Source of the DNA: a virus | DNA: 35,059 bases | Reading direction: 5' to 3' (one strand) | UHGV virus genome: UHGV-1502588 | Shown: piece by piece, positions 6,737-16,946 of the stretch | Position numbering within the stretch: position 1 is the first letter of the stretch | Layout of the letters: every line of letters begins with the position of its first letter | Notes under the pieces: generated by a model | Databases searched by the model: none | Told to the model about the DNA's origin: nothing | What the model saw: the letters and a program-made list of their open reading frames with translations, nothing else | Program-made: the position numbers and the translations under genes

Positions 6737-9631
6737 CTATCGCATACCGGGGTCTACCTGGTTAATCAGCGGCGCAATCCAGAACAGATTATTACCTGGT
6801 AACAGCGTACGCACGCTATGCAGCACTCGGTCGCCGGCGTCGCCATTGAGCACGCCTGCGGTTACATCGGTAACGGTATCCAGCAGGCCAAAGGTTGGCC
6901 CCAGAGCAGAACCGATAAAGCCACGGCTGGCGTAACGGGACTGCGTACCTGTGCCGAGTAATGGCCCTAACCCTATCATCCCGCCGGATGCCTTTTCCGC
7001 CATGTTGTTATATTCCATCAGCGGGCCAATGATACCAGAACGGTCTATACCCTCGAGTACCATCTTCTGCGGCGTCAAATCAACCTCCCGGCCGTTCGCC
7101 GCCTGCTTAAGCGCATAGGTCAAGGAGCCCAGACCAATCTGGAAGGCTGTGCCGTAATAGAACTGCGCGGTACCTTCCTGCAAACCGCCCAACGTCGCGC
7201 GGTTATAGGATGCCGTAGCAAAAGACTTAAACTGGAATACAGTTTTCCCCAGCGGGGTACTGGCCCACAGCGGCGTATCACCGATCCCCGGCGTGATAAC
7301 GGTATTGTTTACATCCTTCAGCACAGCAGATTGCAGCAGGCCAGCGGCGTACTGGTCATCCCATTTTTCGAAATTGCCGATATGCCAGCCCTGAATAACT
7401 TCGCCGTGCTTCTGAAATTCTCGCTGGATGCGTTCGGCCATCTTCTCGTTGATGCCGAGTTTTGCCAGGCGCTTCGCAGGGAACGCGCCGGACAGAATAC
7501 CGTCGGACGTGATCATGCCATTCACCGATTTGTTCATATCGTCAAAGTGGCCCATCATGGTCAGCTTGCCGAACACATCGGTAATACGTTCCATGCCAGC
7601 TTCTGCAGCTGTCATACGTGAAGAGCTATCGACCAGATCCCCCATCGTGCGTGCGCGGGTATGCAGTATAGTTTCCAGCCCAACGGCCATTTTCTTCTGC
7701 TCCGCCCGGCTGGCGAGATAAGCCGGCGAGCGGGTGATCAGTGCGCCATATCCACGCATGGTATTGCTGAAGCCGTTAACCATCATGCCGCGCGCCAGAT
7801 CCGGGATAGCGGATACCGTCATGCCGCCGAGTTTCGTTACAAAGTTAGCGCTACGCAGGAAAGCACCAGCACGAACGAAAAATGATGATGGGTCATCCGG
7901 TATACCGTAGGTACCAACGAGGCGATCGCGAAGCGCCAGAATATCGCGCAGGTCGGCTTCACGTGCTTTCGCCAGCTTTTCCTGTTCCGCCGGGCGTAAA
8001 CGCATTAGCGCGTCGTACTCGTCCTGGATGGCGGCGAGCTGCGAATCCAGCGACTTGTTGCCAAAGGTGCGGGTTAATTCGATTTCTGCCGAGGCTTCGC
8101 GGATATGACGCTGCAGGACGTAGTTAGCGTCGCTCTCCAGATAATCTTTCATCAGGCGATCGGGAACGCTCAACGTACGCGATTTAGTGCTGCCCGGCGC
8201 TTTCACCATAAAGACGTTGGCGAACTCCTGCGGAATTTTGGCCCCAACGATACGGTTGATAGTGGTATCGGCGGCGATTTCGGCATCTTCGCGGGACATG
8301 GTTTTCTCACCGCGTGACCACCAGTCAACCAGCATGTTGCGGAATTTATCGCGCTCGCTAACGATTTTCCCTACCTTGTACACGCGTGGGAAATAGCTGG
8401 TCTGTCCCATCGCTTTCAGTTCGGCATCCGGCGGAAGTAAGCCCAGTTCCTGCTGTGCTGTCTTCACGCGGTTAATGACTGTACGCATTGCCTGCGCCGC
8501 TTCCTGCACTTTCGCATTGACGTGCACGTCGCCGTTGCGCAGCGCCTCGCCAACCTGTTCACGGAAGGCCGTATAACCCAGATCACCGCCTTCGGCTTTG
8601 TACTGGGTGTATGCCTGCTTATTCGCAGTAACGACGGCCGCCTCTTCGCGGCGCCAGCCACGTACGCGCGTCTCAGCTGCAACCGGCGTTTCAATACCGC
8701 GCAGGTTGCCTTCCAGCGTGAAGTTATTCTCTGCCAGTTCCAGCGCTGTCCGGCGCGCTTCTTTTGATGGGGATTCCATCAGGCGGGTGATCGGCGTCAG
8801 ATAGCTACCGGCTTTTTTAGCTAGTTTGCCGAGTGGGCCGCCAGACACTGGCGTGAGATCTTCCAGTGTAGCTTCGCGAATACGCATAGCACCGACGCTG
8901 CCACCGTTCGGTAAGGTATCCGCCAGGGCGTCGGCCGCGTTGTTAATCGTTGGCGAGGCGTTCATATTATCGAGCGCCTCTGCCACTTCACGGGTGGCCG
9001 CATTTCTTACCGACGGGGTGATCATCGTGCCAGCAGTGGCAAATACACCGCTGAGAAGTGCGCCGGCAGTAATGTGTGCGGCGCTCTCCCTGGCTGTTCT
9101 GGTGTACTGCTCGTTATTGAGCGCAACCTCGCTAAGTGCGGTACCAGCGGCACCAATAGCAACCTGAGAACCAATACGCACAGCCAGGCTTCCCTGCGCA
9201 CCGGGGATAAACATCGATGCGACTGTGACAGGATCGATAACCCCGGCGGCTATACTGGCTAAAGTTCCTTCGGCACCTGCTTCAGACAGCACCCGGCGGT
9301 CTTCGTTTTCATCGTCTATCTGGTTTTTAATCCAGGCGGTTTCCTCTGGGGATTGTGAATCCGCAAAGGCGGATCCCCATTGTTCGTACCCCTTTAGTTC
9401 GTTTTTATCAGAATAAGGGTTATACCCCTCCGCCGGCTCAAACTGTTTAGCCGGGCGGAACATCCCGGCGAGCAGGTTATTCTGACGAAAAGCGGCATCC
9501 CATACAGACGGTTGTTGCTGCTGTGGCTCCGGGTTAGTTCCTTCAGGCAGAGATACATCAAAACCAGTTGGTGCCTGAAGAGCATTATCCATTACGCTCG
9601 GCGGAACATCAGATTGCGGATAGATAGGCAT
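6737..9631 (-). CDS. Internal virion (ejectosome) protein, T7 gp15/gp16 class
   Basis: 964-aa protein in the gp15/16 position of the T7-like module. Its start overlaps the upstream stop by 1 nt (TAATG). Gln/Ala-rich N-terminus. Confidence 0.6.
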   Translation of the reverse strand: MPIYPQSDVPPSVMDNALQAPTGFDVSLPEGTNPEPQQQQPSVWDAAFRQNNLLAGMFRPAKQFEPAEGYNPYSDKNELKGYEQWGSAFADSQSPEETAWIKNQIDDENEDRRVLSEAGAEGTLASIAAGVIDPVTVASMFIPGAQGSLAVRIGSQVAIGAAGTALSEVALNNEQYTRTARESAAHITAGALLSGVFATAGTMITPSVRNAATREVAEALDNMNASPTINNAADALADTLPNGGSVGAMRIREATLEDLTPVSGGPLGKLAKKAGSYLTPITRLMESPSKEARRTALELAENNFTLEGNLRGIETPVAAETRVRGWRREEAAVVTANKQAYTQYKAEGGDLGYTAFREQVGEALRNGDVHVNAKVQEAAQAMRTVINRVKTAQQELGLLPPDAELKAMGQTSYFPRVYKVGKIVSERDKFRNMLVDWWSRGEKTMSREDAEIAADTTINRIVGAKIPQEFANVFMVKAPGSTKSRTLSVPDRLMKDYLESDANYVLQRHIREASAEIELTRTFGNKSLDSQLAAIQDEYDALMRLRPAEQEKLAKAREADLRDILALRDRLVGTYGIPDDPSSFFVRAGAFLRSANFVTKLGGMTVSAIPDLARGMMVNGFSNTMRGYGALITRSPAYLASRAEQKKMAVGLETILHTRARTMGDLVDSSSRMTAAEAGMERITDVFGKLTMMGHFDDMNKSVNGMITSDGILSGAFPAKRLAKLGINEKMAERIQREFQKHGEVIQGWHIGNFEKWDDQYAAGLLQSAVLKDVNNTVITPGIGDTPLWASTPLGKTVFQFKSFATASYNRATLGGLQEGTAQFYYGTAFQIGLGSLTYALKQAANGREVDLTPQKMVLEGIDRSGIIGPLMEYNNMAEKASGGMIGLGPLLGTGTQSRYASRGFIGSALGPTFGLLDTVTDVTAGVLNGDAGDRVLHSVRTLLPGNNLFWIAPLINQVDPGMR

Positions 9632-12345
9632 TATTCATTGCTCCATGAAAAGTAGTTTTTAACCCGGTTCATACGGTCATCGTGCAAACGCTGATATTGT
9701 TCATCGAGCGCACGGTGTTTTTCCTTAAAGCCTCGAATATCTTTCCCGTGTGATATTTCCTCTTCGCCTTGCTGTTCCCGCTCCTGCTGCATTTTTTTAT
9801 ACGGCTCCCAGTCTTCCAGCGACGGCTTCCAGCGCAAAGGACGGCCAAATTTATCGTTATACAGCTGAACCTTCGGAATCCCATTCTCATCTTTAGAGCG
9901 TATAACTATTGAGTACATCCCATCCCGAGGGGTCATTACATCCGGGGTTATTTCCAGTTCTCCACCGATACGCGATTCTGGGGTACTTGATGTAATAACA
10001 GGCGCTGAGCCTGAGGTAATTCCTAGTTGGGTCGGACTGGTTTCAATTATTTCTCCACGGTCGCCATAAGTCAGACGCTCTTTTTCTTCTTTCCACTGAG
10101 CAGCCTGCCACCCTGAGGGGCCATAGTTATAAAGCGCTTCAGGCGCATATTTCATAAGCTGGGCGCTGCCATTTACATCGCTAAGACTCCAGGTGCGCGC
10201 GATCTGGGTATTGGTCATCTTTTTGGCAATATCAGCATTACCACCTGAATTGCGATAATTAATGTCATAAAGTGACTGGTAGTCATTACGGAATTTTACA
10301 GTATCAGGATTCTGGTCATCCGCGGCGGGGCCGCCAAAGCTGTACCACGGTTTCATGCTGCTGACTGCGGAATCCATTGCGCTATCACGCTCTTTTCTAT
10401 ATTCCTTCGTGCTCTGCGTAGAAGACAATTGCGATTTCAGGGCGTCAGTCTGGTTGTAGGTCACGTTCTGCGCCTGTTTCACCGCTTCGTCTGACGCCAT
10501 ACCGGAGTCGGTAAGCTGTTTAACGGTCAGGTAAAAGCTTTGCATATCCTTTGGCATATCGCCCACAGAGGCTGGATCTGTTTCGTACAGAGCGTTAAAT
10601 AAGGTCGAGCCCTGCTTCACCACATCGGGACTGCTGGAGCGGGCGATCGCATTCAGTTGTGATGTAACTTGCGATGGGATAATGCCCGTCTGGTTAACTT
10701 GCTGCACGATAGCGTCGTGAGTGGTGGCGTCGTTAATGCGGAAGTTAAGCGCCGATGGCGTATTGTCCGCCGCCTTCTGCATGGATTTGTTGCTCGGGTC
10801 GAGTTTCTCGCCGGAGATCAGCGCGTCGTTAAAGCGGGCGGAATCACGCTGCGCCTGAATATTGGCGTTGCTCTTCTGCACCAGCGCACTAAGTTTGCCA
10901 TACGCATCGAGTTTCAGTGCGTAATCCGGGTCGTTTGCCTGCGGCTTCACTTTCGCCAGTTCGGCCTGCTGTTCTGCCGGGGTGACGTACTGGATAGCCT
11001 GGAAGGTTCTGGCGTTATCGATCGCGATATCCAGCTGCTTGATGATAGCCTGCCCTTGTTCGCCATATCCTCGCATTATTGTATCGGCGTTGAGCATAGC
11101 CTCTGGTACTTCGCCATTATATAACTGCGCAAAATTGTTATTGAGAATCGGGTCAATCTGCTGGCGCAGTGCCGTACGCTGCTGGCGGATCTGCGATTCG
11201 GCGATATTGTCGATTTTGTTTACTGCTACCGGGTCGAGACCAGTTTTATTTTTGTTGTAACGGGAAAGCCAACCACGCGTTTCGGCTGGCAGCTGCTTAA
11301 CGAAATCCGCCATTGAGATTTCGCCTTTGCGCGGGTCGCCAACTTTAGCGATCAGCTTATCGACGTTACCCATACCCCAGTTATATGCAGCACCGGCCAG
11401 CGTTTCAGACTGATATTTTTTACTGAGCTGCCCGGCATAATCGCGCGCCAGCTGCGCATGCTGCACAGGGTCGTCCGGGTTGTACTCCACGCCACGTTTA
11501 GACGCCAGTTCTTTCCCGGTGTCCGGCATCAACTGAAATTCACCCTGCGCGCCCGCGGGGGATGTAACAAGGCTACCATCTGCATTGCGGTGCTTGCCGC
11601 CAGATTCCACCAGGCCAACGGCGCGCATATCAAGTTCGCCGGTGCTGCTGTTGACCAGCGTAAAATCGCCATTAAGCCAGCCGGTGGGATTGGTTACTGC
11701 GTAGTTCTGCGCGCGCTGCTCAAGCGCTTTTTGGTTCGCTTCTGAGACCGCACCATCGATGCGCTCCTGTGACCAGCCGCGCGCCTGGCCATACATCTCG
11801 ATCGAGTGTTTCCGGGCGCTGCGTATTAGCCCGGCCTGCATCGGGTTATCGTAGGCACTGGCCTCCTGTTCAACTGAAGATGTCACCGTCGCGTTAAGCT
11901 GCTGGCGCTGGGCTTCCTCAGTCTGCGCACGCTCGAAACCGCTATAGGTGCTTGTCCGGCGTACCTGCCCCGCTTTCCACTGTGCATCAAAATAGTTTAA
12001 CTGGCTGGGCGGCACGCGCTTGCGCGCTTCCTCGTAATCGCCAGCGTCGGCCTTATCCATATCGGCGACCACACCGGACGATTTAAAGCCCTGACGCGTG
12101 ACCGTGGCGCCCGTCTCCGGGTTTTCCCAGCGGTCATTAGATTTAGCTTCCAGATCGGTCAGAATAGCCTGCGTGGCCGCTACGTCGGCTTTATCCTGTC
12201 GGCGCTGTTCCAGATCAGCAGCTTCGCCTAATGCCACACCCGCGCCAGAAATTGCATTGCCAATGGCGCCAACGTTGCTGACTGCCACCCGGTTTTGCTG
12301 CGCCTGCGGCGTTACATTGCCGAAATTTCCAGTTGGTATTCTCAC
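9631..12345 (-). CDS. Internal virion protein with a lytic transglycosylase (SLT) domain, T7 gp16-like function
   Basis: The central segment GEFQLMPDTGKELA...AAYNWGMGNV is SLT-like (E-x-G, LMQ/LMP and AYN motifs). 904 aa. GTG start directly after the upstream TAA, with a GGGGG SD. Confidence 0.65.
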   Translation of the reverse strand: MRIPTGNFGNVTPQAQQNRVAVSNVGAIGNAISGAGVALGEAADLEQRRQDKADVAATQAILTDLEAKSNDRWENPETGATVTRQGFKSSGVVADMDKADAGDYEEARKRVPPSQLNYFDAQWKAGQVRRTSTYSGFERAQTEEAQRQQLNATVTSSVEQEASAYDNPMQAGLIRSARKHSIEMYGQARGWSQERIDGAVSEANQKALEQRAQNYAVTNPTGWLNGDFTLVNSSTGELDMRAVGLVESGGKHRNADGSLVTSPAGAQGEFQLMPDTGKELASKRGVEYNPDDPVQHAQLARDYAGQLSKKYQSETLAGAAYNWGMGNVDKLIAKVGDPRKGEISMADFVKQLPAETRGWLSRYNKNKTGLDPVAVNKIDNIAESQIRQQRTALRQQIDPILNNNFAQLYNGEVPEAMLNADTIMRGYGEQGQAIIKQLDIAIDNARTFQAIQYVTPAEQQAELAKVKPQANDPDYALKLDAYGKLSALVQKSNANIQAQRDSARFNDALISGEKLDPSNKSMQKAADNTPSALNFRINDATTHDAIVQQVNQTGIIPSQVTSQLNAIARSSSPDVVKQGSTLFNALYETDPASVGDMPKDMQSFYLTVKQLTDSGMASDEAVKQAQNVTYNQTDALKSQLSSTQSTKEYRKERDSAMDSAVSSMKPWYSFGGPAADDQNPDTVKFRNDYQSLYDINYRNSGGNADIAKKMTNTQIARTWSLSDVNGSAQLMKYAPEALYNYGPSGWQAAQWKEEKERLTYGDRGEIIETSPTQLGITSGSAPVITSSTPESRIGGELEITPDVMTPRDGMYSIVIRSKDENGIPKVQLYNDKFGRPLRWKPSLEDWEPYKKMQQEREQQGEEEISHGKDIRGFKEKHRALDEQYQRLHDDRMNRVKNYFSWSNE

Positions 12346-12813
12346 TTAAGCCCCCTGCTTTGTTTTCCAGCCGTTATACGCTTTGGCACCACCCGACAAT
12401 AAAGAGCTGCCAGCGTTGATATAGCCGGCAGTTGCTGCGTTATTTCCACTGATGCGGTCAGCCTGCGCCTGCGATTGCAGACGGTTAGACGAATTCACGC
12501 CATTAAGGATCGTCTGGTAGGCGTCCTGTTCGGCGTCTTCAGTAATGCCAGAGGTGATACGCAGCGCGGTACCTTCGCCAGTTTCAACACCCGACGCCGC
12601 CAGCGAAGCGTTAGCCGCTGCGGCCTGTTCACGCCCGGCTTTACGGATACGGTCGGCTTCCACCCTTGCGGCTTTCTGACTCGCCTCTGCATCAGCTTCC
12701 GCCTGTGCTGCCTGATAGTTCGCCATTTTTTTCTGCTGCTGTCCGCTATACGCTGCGCCGCCAGCGGCTAACACCGTGGACGCCACCAGGGCAATTTCTA
12801 CGCCAGTGCACAT
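12346..12813 (-). CDS. Internal virion protein B, T7 gp14-like
   Basis: The N-terminus MCTGVEIALVASTVLAAGGAAYSGQQQKKM parallels T7 gp14 MCWAAAIPIAISGAQAISGQNAQAKM. Ala/Gln-rich. Confidence 0.6.
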   Translation of the reverse strand: MCTGVEIALVASTVLAAGGAAYSGQQQKKMANYQAAQAEADAEASQKAARVEADRIRKAGREQAAAANASLAASGVETGEGTALRITSGITEDAEQDAYQTILNGVNSSNRLQSQAQADRISGNNAATAGYINAGSSLLSGGAKAYNGWKTKQGA

Positions 12814-12815
12814 TG

Positions 12816-13268
12816 TTAAACCTCCATCGAATAAAGCAGGCCTGTTTGCTGCAGGCCGAGACGCGAATACAACTGGCCGGTGCGTTCAGCGTGCACGCCA
12901 GTGGTGATCCCCATGTTGATAACGGCGGCGCCGTGCTCTTTTGACCAGTCAATAAACGCGCGTGCCAGTCGCGGCCCGGCGCTGCCGCCCCGATGTTCTG
13001 GCGCGACAAATAAGCCGTATTCGAAGGCCATCAACTGGCGGGAAAAAAACTGCTCGGCAATACCGCCGCCAAGCCAGCCGATAACCTGCCCGTCTTTTTC
13101 GGCGACCAGTACGCAACCAGACGGCGAATAAATCAGGCTTTGCGCCAGTTCTGCGCATTTATCCGCATCAAACGGCGAGTTTTGCGAGTAACGGGACTCG
13201 AGATACATCCGGGTTCCCAGCTCGATAAGCACCGGAATATCCCCGGCAGTGGCGTTACGAATCATCAT
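12816..13268 (-). CDS. GNAT-family N-acetyltransferase in the gp13 position of the virion operon
   Basis: MMIRNATAGDIPVLIELG ... VIGWLGGGIAEQF ... FEYGLFVAPEHRGGSAGPRLARAFIDWSKEHG has the GNAT fold signature (acetyl-CoA pyrophosphate-binding R-x-x-G-x-G/A loop). The ATG overlaps the stop of tail tubular protein B (TAATG). Confidence 0.7.
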   Translation of the reverse strand: MMIRNATAGDIPVLIELGTRMYLESRYSQNSPFDADKCAELAQSLIYSPSGCVLVAEKDGQVIGWLGGGIAEQFFSRQLMAFEYGLFVAPEHRGGSAGPRLARAFIDWSKEHGAAVINMGITTGVHAERTGQLYSRLGLQQTGLLYSMEV

Positions 13269-15262
13269 TAGCCCCCGTTGCTGGTAAAGACGATGACAAT
13301 GGCGAGAAGATGGAACGGCAGCGGCTGGCGCTGCTGAATAGTCAGCGAGTCTTCTCCGCGCTCCCAGCCTAATTTTCCCCAGTAGTGATCGCCGGTGAAT
13401 AAAGGCGCCGGCTGGTTGAGGATTTTTGGCCCGAACGTGCGGAACGGGATCACCTGGCCGTTGCACTCGGCGCCAGTGGTTTCGAGGAAACGCATAGTGA
13501 CTTCACTTGTGCGCTTGCGGGTGTTCTGCGTGGTGCCTTCAGACGTAGCGACTTCAGGCGTCAGCGTGGTAATAGTCGTTTCAAAATGCAGGCCGATTTC
13601 GACTTTGTAGGCTTTGCGCGAAAGCGTGATTTGGCCGGATGATACGACCGCCTGCGGCATCACAGAGCCGTCTGCAACGATATCAACGGTCTCGCCTTCG
13701 AGGTGCGACAGGCCGCCCCATGTCGTTGCTCCAGCATCGCTGGATCCCGTCACGGCTGCATCGGTGTACAGGGCGCTGCTGAGCATTTCTACATAGCGAA
13801 CGGTCTGGCCGTTGACCGTACGGCGCACAATGGCGTACACCACATCGTCAGTCGCTGAGGGAATAGTCGCTACGGACTCAAACGCACCACTGGTGATCTG
13901 TCGTGACCACGCGACAACGTTCTGCGCCCGGTCGATAGCCATCGTCACCATTACGCCATCATTGCGAACCAGCCAGGTAAACGCATCAGGTTGCTGCTGA
14001 TACGCCATATCGATCACACCGCCTTCTGTGATGTGTTCCGCCAGTACAGTCATATCGTTGGCCGAGTAAGCTACATAGCTGTCGGGGTCATAGGCGACAG
14101 CGTAGAGCTTACGGCCAGAACGCTGGACGAACATAATTTCGGTACCGACGCGTACCGGGCGGATCCCGTTGCATCCGTACGGACTGGGATTTTTTACTGA
14201 AATATTGGTAGGCGTAATCGCCGCATCGTTACCAGCGGTGATGGTGAACTCGCCGCCGTACGTCAGCGCAATTAGCGTATTCATCTGCGCGAGGTGCACA
14301 ATCGGGTTGAGCTGGTCAGAAGACAGCGTAAAGCTGATCGCGTCGTCGTCATCGGTTCCCAGCTCGAAAGAGAGGTATACGCCCGATTCGCTCCACCAGA
14401 TAGTTTGCGGATACTGTGGCGAACCGGCCAGAACCAGCCGCTGCTGGTAAAGCGTTACCGCGCCCGGGTATCCAAATTCATCCGTCCAGACGGAATCCTC
14501 GCGAGTCCAGGCGCCCGGTGATGCCGCCTGAGTTGCGCTTAAATCGGTGCGAATGGTACCGACGGCGACCTGCGCACTGGCCACGCTCTTAATCAGCACC
14601 AGACCGCTGTTAATCCTGACGTACGAGCCCACATCTTCAGGCACCCAACCATCACCAGTAAACGGCGGTGGGTCTTCGCTACCTTCTGGCGGTTCGTCAT
14701 CGCTCAGGGTCAGCGTTATTTCCGAGCCGACGAATTCTTTTACCGATGGCTTGCACCATTTCTGCGGCGTGTCACGTACTTCGTCGAAGGGTTCAACGAT
14801 AAACGGCGCTGGTTCCAGTACCCAATCGGTTTGCCCGCGTCTCTGCAGGCGATGCGGTTTAACGGCCTGATGCACCAGAAACATGGTATCAGCGCCCTGA
14901 ACGTAATTTACCGATGGCAACATGTCAGAGGTGTACGGGCTGGCGATTTCGTACGGCGTGTTGTCTTCGTTCACCAGCTGCTTACCGTCCTGGTAAATTC
15001 GCAGATAGCCGTCGCCAAACTCCAGAATGTAAGCCTGCGTGCGGTTGAAAACGTACGGAATGAGGCGGGATTTTTTGTCGCCGTATTTTGCGGCCGCTAC
15101 GAACTGCGAGCCGGGGCGGCGCATTACCCCGCCCTGTACCACGACCACACTATTTTCCAGCGTCTTCGCGCCATTCGCATAGCGATCGATATCAACGCGC
15201 CCCATAAGACGCGGGGAAATTTCGCCGGCGGTGAAGTTTGTTTTAATCAGATTGGCGCGCAT
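13268..15262 (-). CDS. Tail tubular protein B (T7 gp12-like, nozzle)
   Basis: About 665 aa, in the gp12 position, coupled (TGAcATG) to the gp11-like gene. The start is ambiguous: 15298, 15280 or 15262, and I favour 15262 (GAGG RBS, no overlap). Confidence 0.6.
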   Translation of the reverse strand: MRANLIKTNFTAGEISPRLMGRVDIDRYANGAKTLENSVVVVQGGVMRRPGSQFVAAAKYGDKKSRLIPYVFNRTQAYILEFGDGYLRIYQDGKQLVNEDNTPYEIASPYTSDMLPSVNYVQGADTMFLVHQAVKPHRLQRRGQTDWVLEPAPFIVEPFDEVRDTPQKWCKPSVKEFVGSEITLTLSDDEPPEGSEDPPPFTGDGWVPEDVGSYVRINSGLVLIKSVASAQVAVGTIRTDLSATQAASPGAWTREDSVWTDEFGYPGAVTLYQQRLVLAGSPQYPQTIWWSESGVYLSFELGTDDDDAISFTLSSDQLNPIVHLAQMNTLIALTYGGEFTITAGNDAAITPTNISVKNPSPYGCNGIRPVRVGTEIMFVQRSGRKLYAVAYDPDSYVAYSANDMTVLAEHITEGGVIDMAYQQQPDAFTWLVRNDGVMVTMAIDRAQNVVAWSRQITSGAFESVATIPSATDDVVYAIVRRTVNGQTVRYVEMLSSALYTDAAVTGSSDAGATTWGGLSHLEGETVDIVADGSVMPQAVVSSGQITLSRKAYKVEIGLHFETTITTLTPEVATSEGTTQNTRKRTSEVTMRFLETTGAECNGQVIPFRTFGPKILNQPAPLFTGDHYWGKLGWERGEDSLTIQQRQPLPFHLLAIVIVFTSNGG

Positions 15263-15263
15263 G

Positions 15264-15827
15264 TCAGAACCTCGATTCATACGTTGGGTAGCCGCCAAGC
15301 TCTTCCGGTGGGTCTTCCTGACCGTCCACGGCCTTTGCCTGCTTCAGCAATACCAGCGATTCCTGGGCGAGACTGTCGCGCAGACTGGTAGAGCCAGTGA
15401 CGGCATAGGCCAGCTTTGCCTGCATCATCATTTCTGCCACATCAACGAGCGCGGCATCCCAGGTGGATTCGTCTTCGTTGCGGAACACATAACGCAGCTT
15501 CAGTACCTGCACATTCGCCAGTAGCCGGTTGCCTTCGACGCGGTACGGAATATCGTCGCAAGGTTCCCCAACGGACAAGACGCGAAGAAGATCACCGGGT
15601 AGCGCGAACTGAAAGCGGAAACCGAATACCGGTGCTGTACTGACAGGAGAGAGAACCACACGTTTTACAACGCAGTTCCACGGATGCGCGCGCAGCAGCT
15701 TATTGCGTACAGTGGGATAAAGGTTTGAGCACAGACGGGCGTGATCGGTGTTTTCGTCGAAACTGTTAATCGGGTGAGCACCGAGCGCCAGCAGTGCGTT
15801 AGAGCAGATAGAAATACTGTCAGCCAT
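15264..15827 (-). CDS. Tail tubular protein A (T7 gp11-like, adaptor)
   Basis: The N-terminus SNALLALGAHPINSFDENTDHARLCSNLYPTVRNKLLRAHPWN parallels T7 gp11 [42 protein letters not shown]. 187 aa. Confidence 0.7.
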   Translation of the reverse strand: MADSISICSNALLALGAHPINSFDENTDHARLCSNLYPTVRNKLLRAHPWNCVVKRVVLSPVSTAPVFGFRFQFALPGDLLRVLSVGEPCDDIPYRVEGNRLLANVQVLKLRYVFRNEDESTWDAALVDVAEMMMQAKLAYAVTGSTSLRDSLAQESLVLLKQAKAVDGQEDPPEELGGYPTYESRF

Positions 15828-15886
15828 AGCCTTACCTCAGATGAAAAAAGGCCGGGAGATATCCCCCGGCAAAGGCACCAGCGGCT

Positions 15887-16798
15887 TTATACTACGAAAT
15901 CGATGGCGACTACTTTGTTTTCCGCTGCGCGGCCTGCGCCATAGGACGCATCGACGGAAATCTGAATGGTGTTGTTTTTATCGCGGCGCGGGCCGATATC
16001 GACGTTGTACTCTTCGCCGGTACCGAAATGCACAGCGGTTTTACACCAGGCAACTGCGGTTTTGGTGGTGACAGCTGGATCACCTGCTTCAGCAGAATCC
16101 AGTTTTTCATAGGCCAGCCACTTAAAGCCCAGCCAGTTACCAGACACTGCGCCTTCCTGCAGCATTTTCACCGCCATAAAATCGGCGCTGGTCAGCGTGG
16201 TATCGCTGAGAATTTGGGTCAGCATGTCGGCGTTGTAGGTGATATACAGCTCTTCACCATTCTGCTCGTCACACTCGTTACGGCGGAACATGGCTTTGGC
16301 GGCGATCAGCTTCGCTTTGGTCATCCCGGTACCGCCGGCGACGATTTTCTGCGATGCGGGAAGCGCAACCGGAGCGTACGCGCCAGTGTTGGAGGTTTTG
16401 CGCAGAACGTCATCCAGCAGCGCACGATAGATAACATCGTCTTTTTTGCGGTTGGATGCGGCCAGCGTCAGCTGCAAATATGGCCCCTGCGGGTCAGCCA
16501 GCAGTTTGCGCAGGTCGCGCTTTTCCACCGGCACGAATACGCCATAGTCAGCCATCAGCGCATTACGGGTGCCGGCATCAGGCAGATCCCAGACGGTATC
16601 ACCGAAACGCTCGGTGATCTGGGTCATTTCGATGGTACCCATATCGTTGATGGTGAACGACGCACCGGTGATGTTGCCGCGGTCGTAAACAGCACCTTGC
16701 AGGCGGGAATCCTTCTGCTGTGCGGCAATTTCGAAAGAATCATGGAACTGCTGGATAAACGCAGCGGTGATCATGTTCTTAGCGGTATCAAATGACAT
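15887..16798 (-). CDS. Major capsid protein (T7 gp10-like pattern, HK97 fold presumed)
   Basis: Starts MSFDTAKNM with a GGAG RBS. About 304 aa, directly after the scaffold gene in T7 order. The segment FIQQFHDSF...ITGASFTINDMG parallels T7 gp10 LFLKVFGGE...KSAQFPVLG. Confidence 0.65.
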   Translation of the reverse strand: MSFDTAKNMITAAFIQQFHDSFEIAAQQKDSRLQGAVYDRGNITGASFTINDMGTIEMTQITERFGDTVWDLPDAGTRNALMADYGVFVPVEKRDLRKLLADPQGPYLQLTLAASNRKKDDVIYRALLDDVLRKTSNTGAYAPVALPASQKIVAGGTGMTKAKLIAAKAMFRRNECDEQNGEELYITYNADMLTQILSDTTLTSADFMAVKMLQEGAVSGNWLGFKWLAYEKLDSAEAGDPAVTTKTAVAWCKTAVHFGTGEEYNVDIGPRRDKNNTIQISVDASYGAGRAAENKVVAIDFVV

Positions 16799-16946
16799 AA
16801 CAATCACTCCAGAAAGTATCGCCTGCGGGGTATCGGTTTCCCGGCCCAAATCAGCACAATGCGGTTGGCGCTGGCGCATTGCGGGAAAATCAGGTATCCG
16901 GCGTCCCCGCCGGGCTGGTTGTGGAGTGATTGTTAGCGAGGTGCGC

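Noticed and set aside
16028-16795. 255-aa plus-strand ORF antisense to the capsid gene. Similar long antisense ORFs include 18736..19884, 17311..18027, 14831..15391 and 10669..11124.
   Set aside because: The opposite strand encodes recognisable T7-like virion proteins with RBSs and coupled starts. The high GC content produces long spurious antisense frames, and none of these has a credible RBS or family signature.
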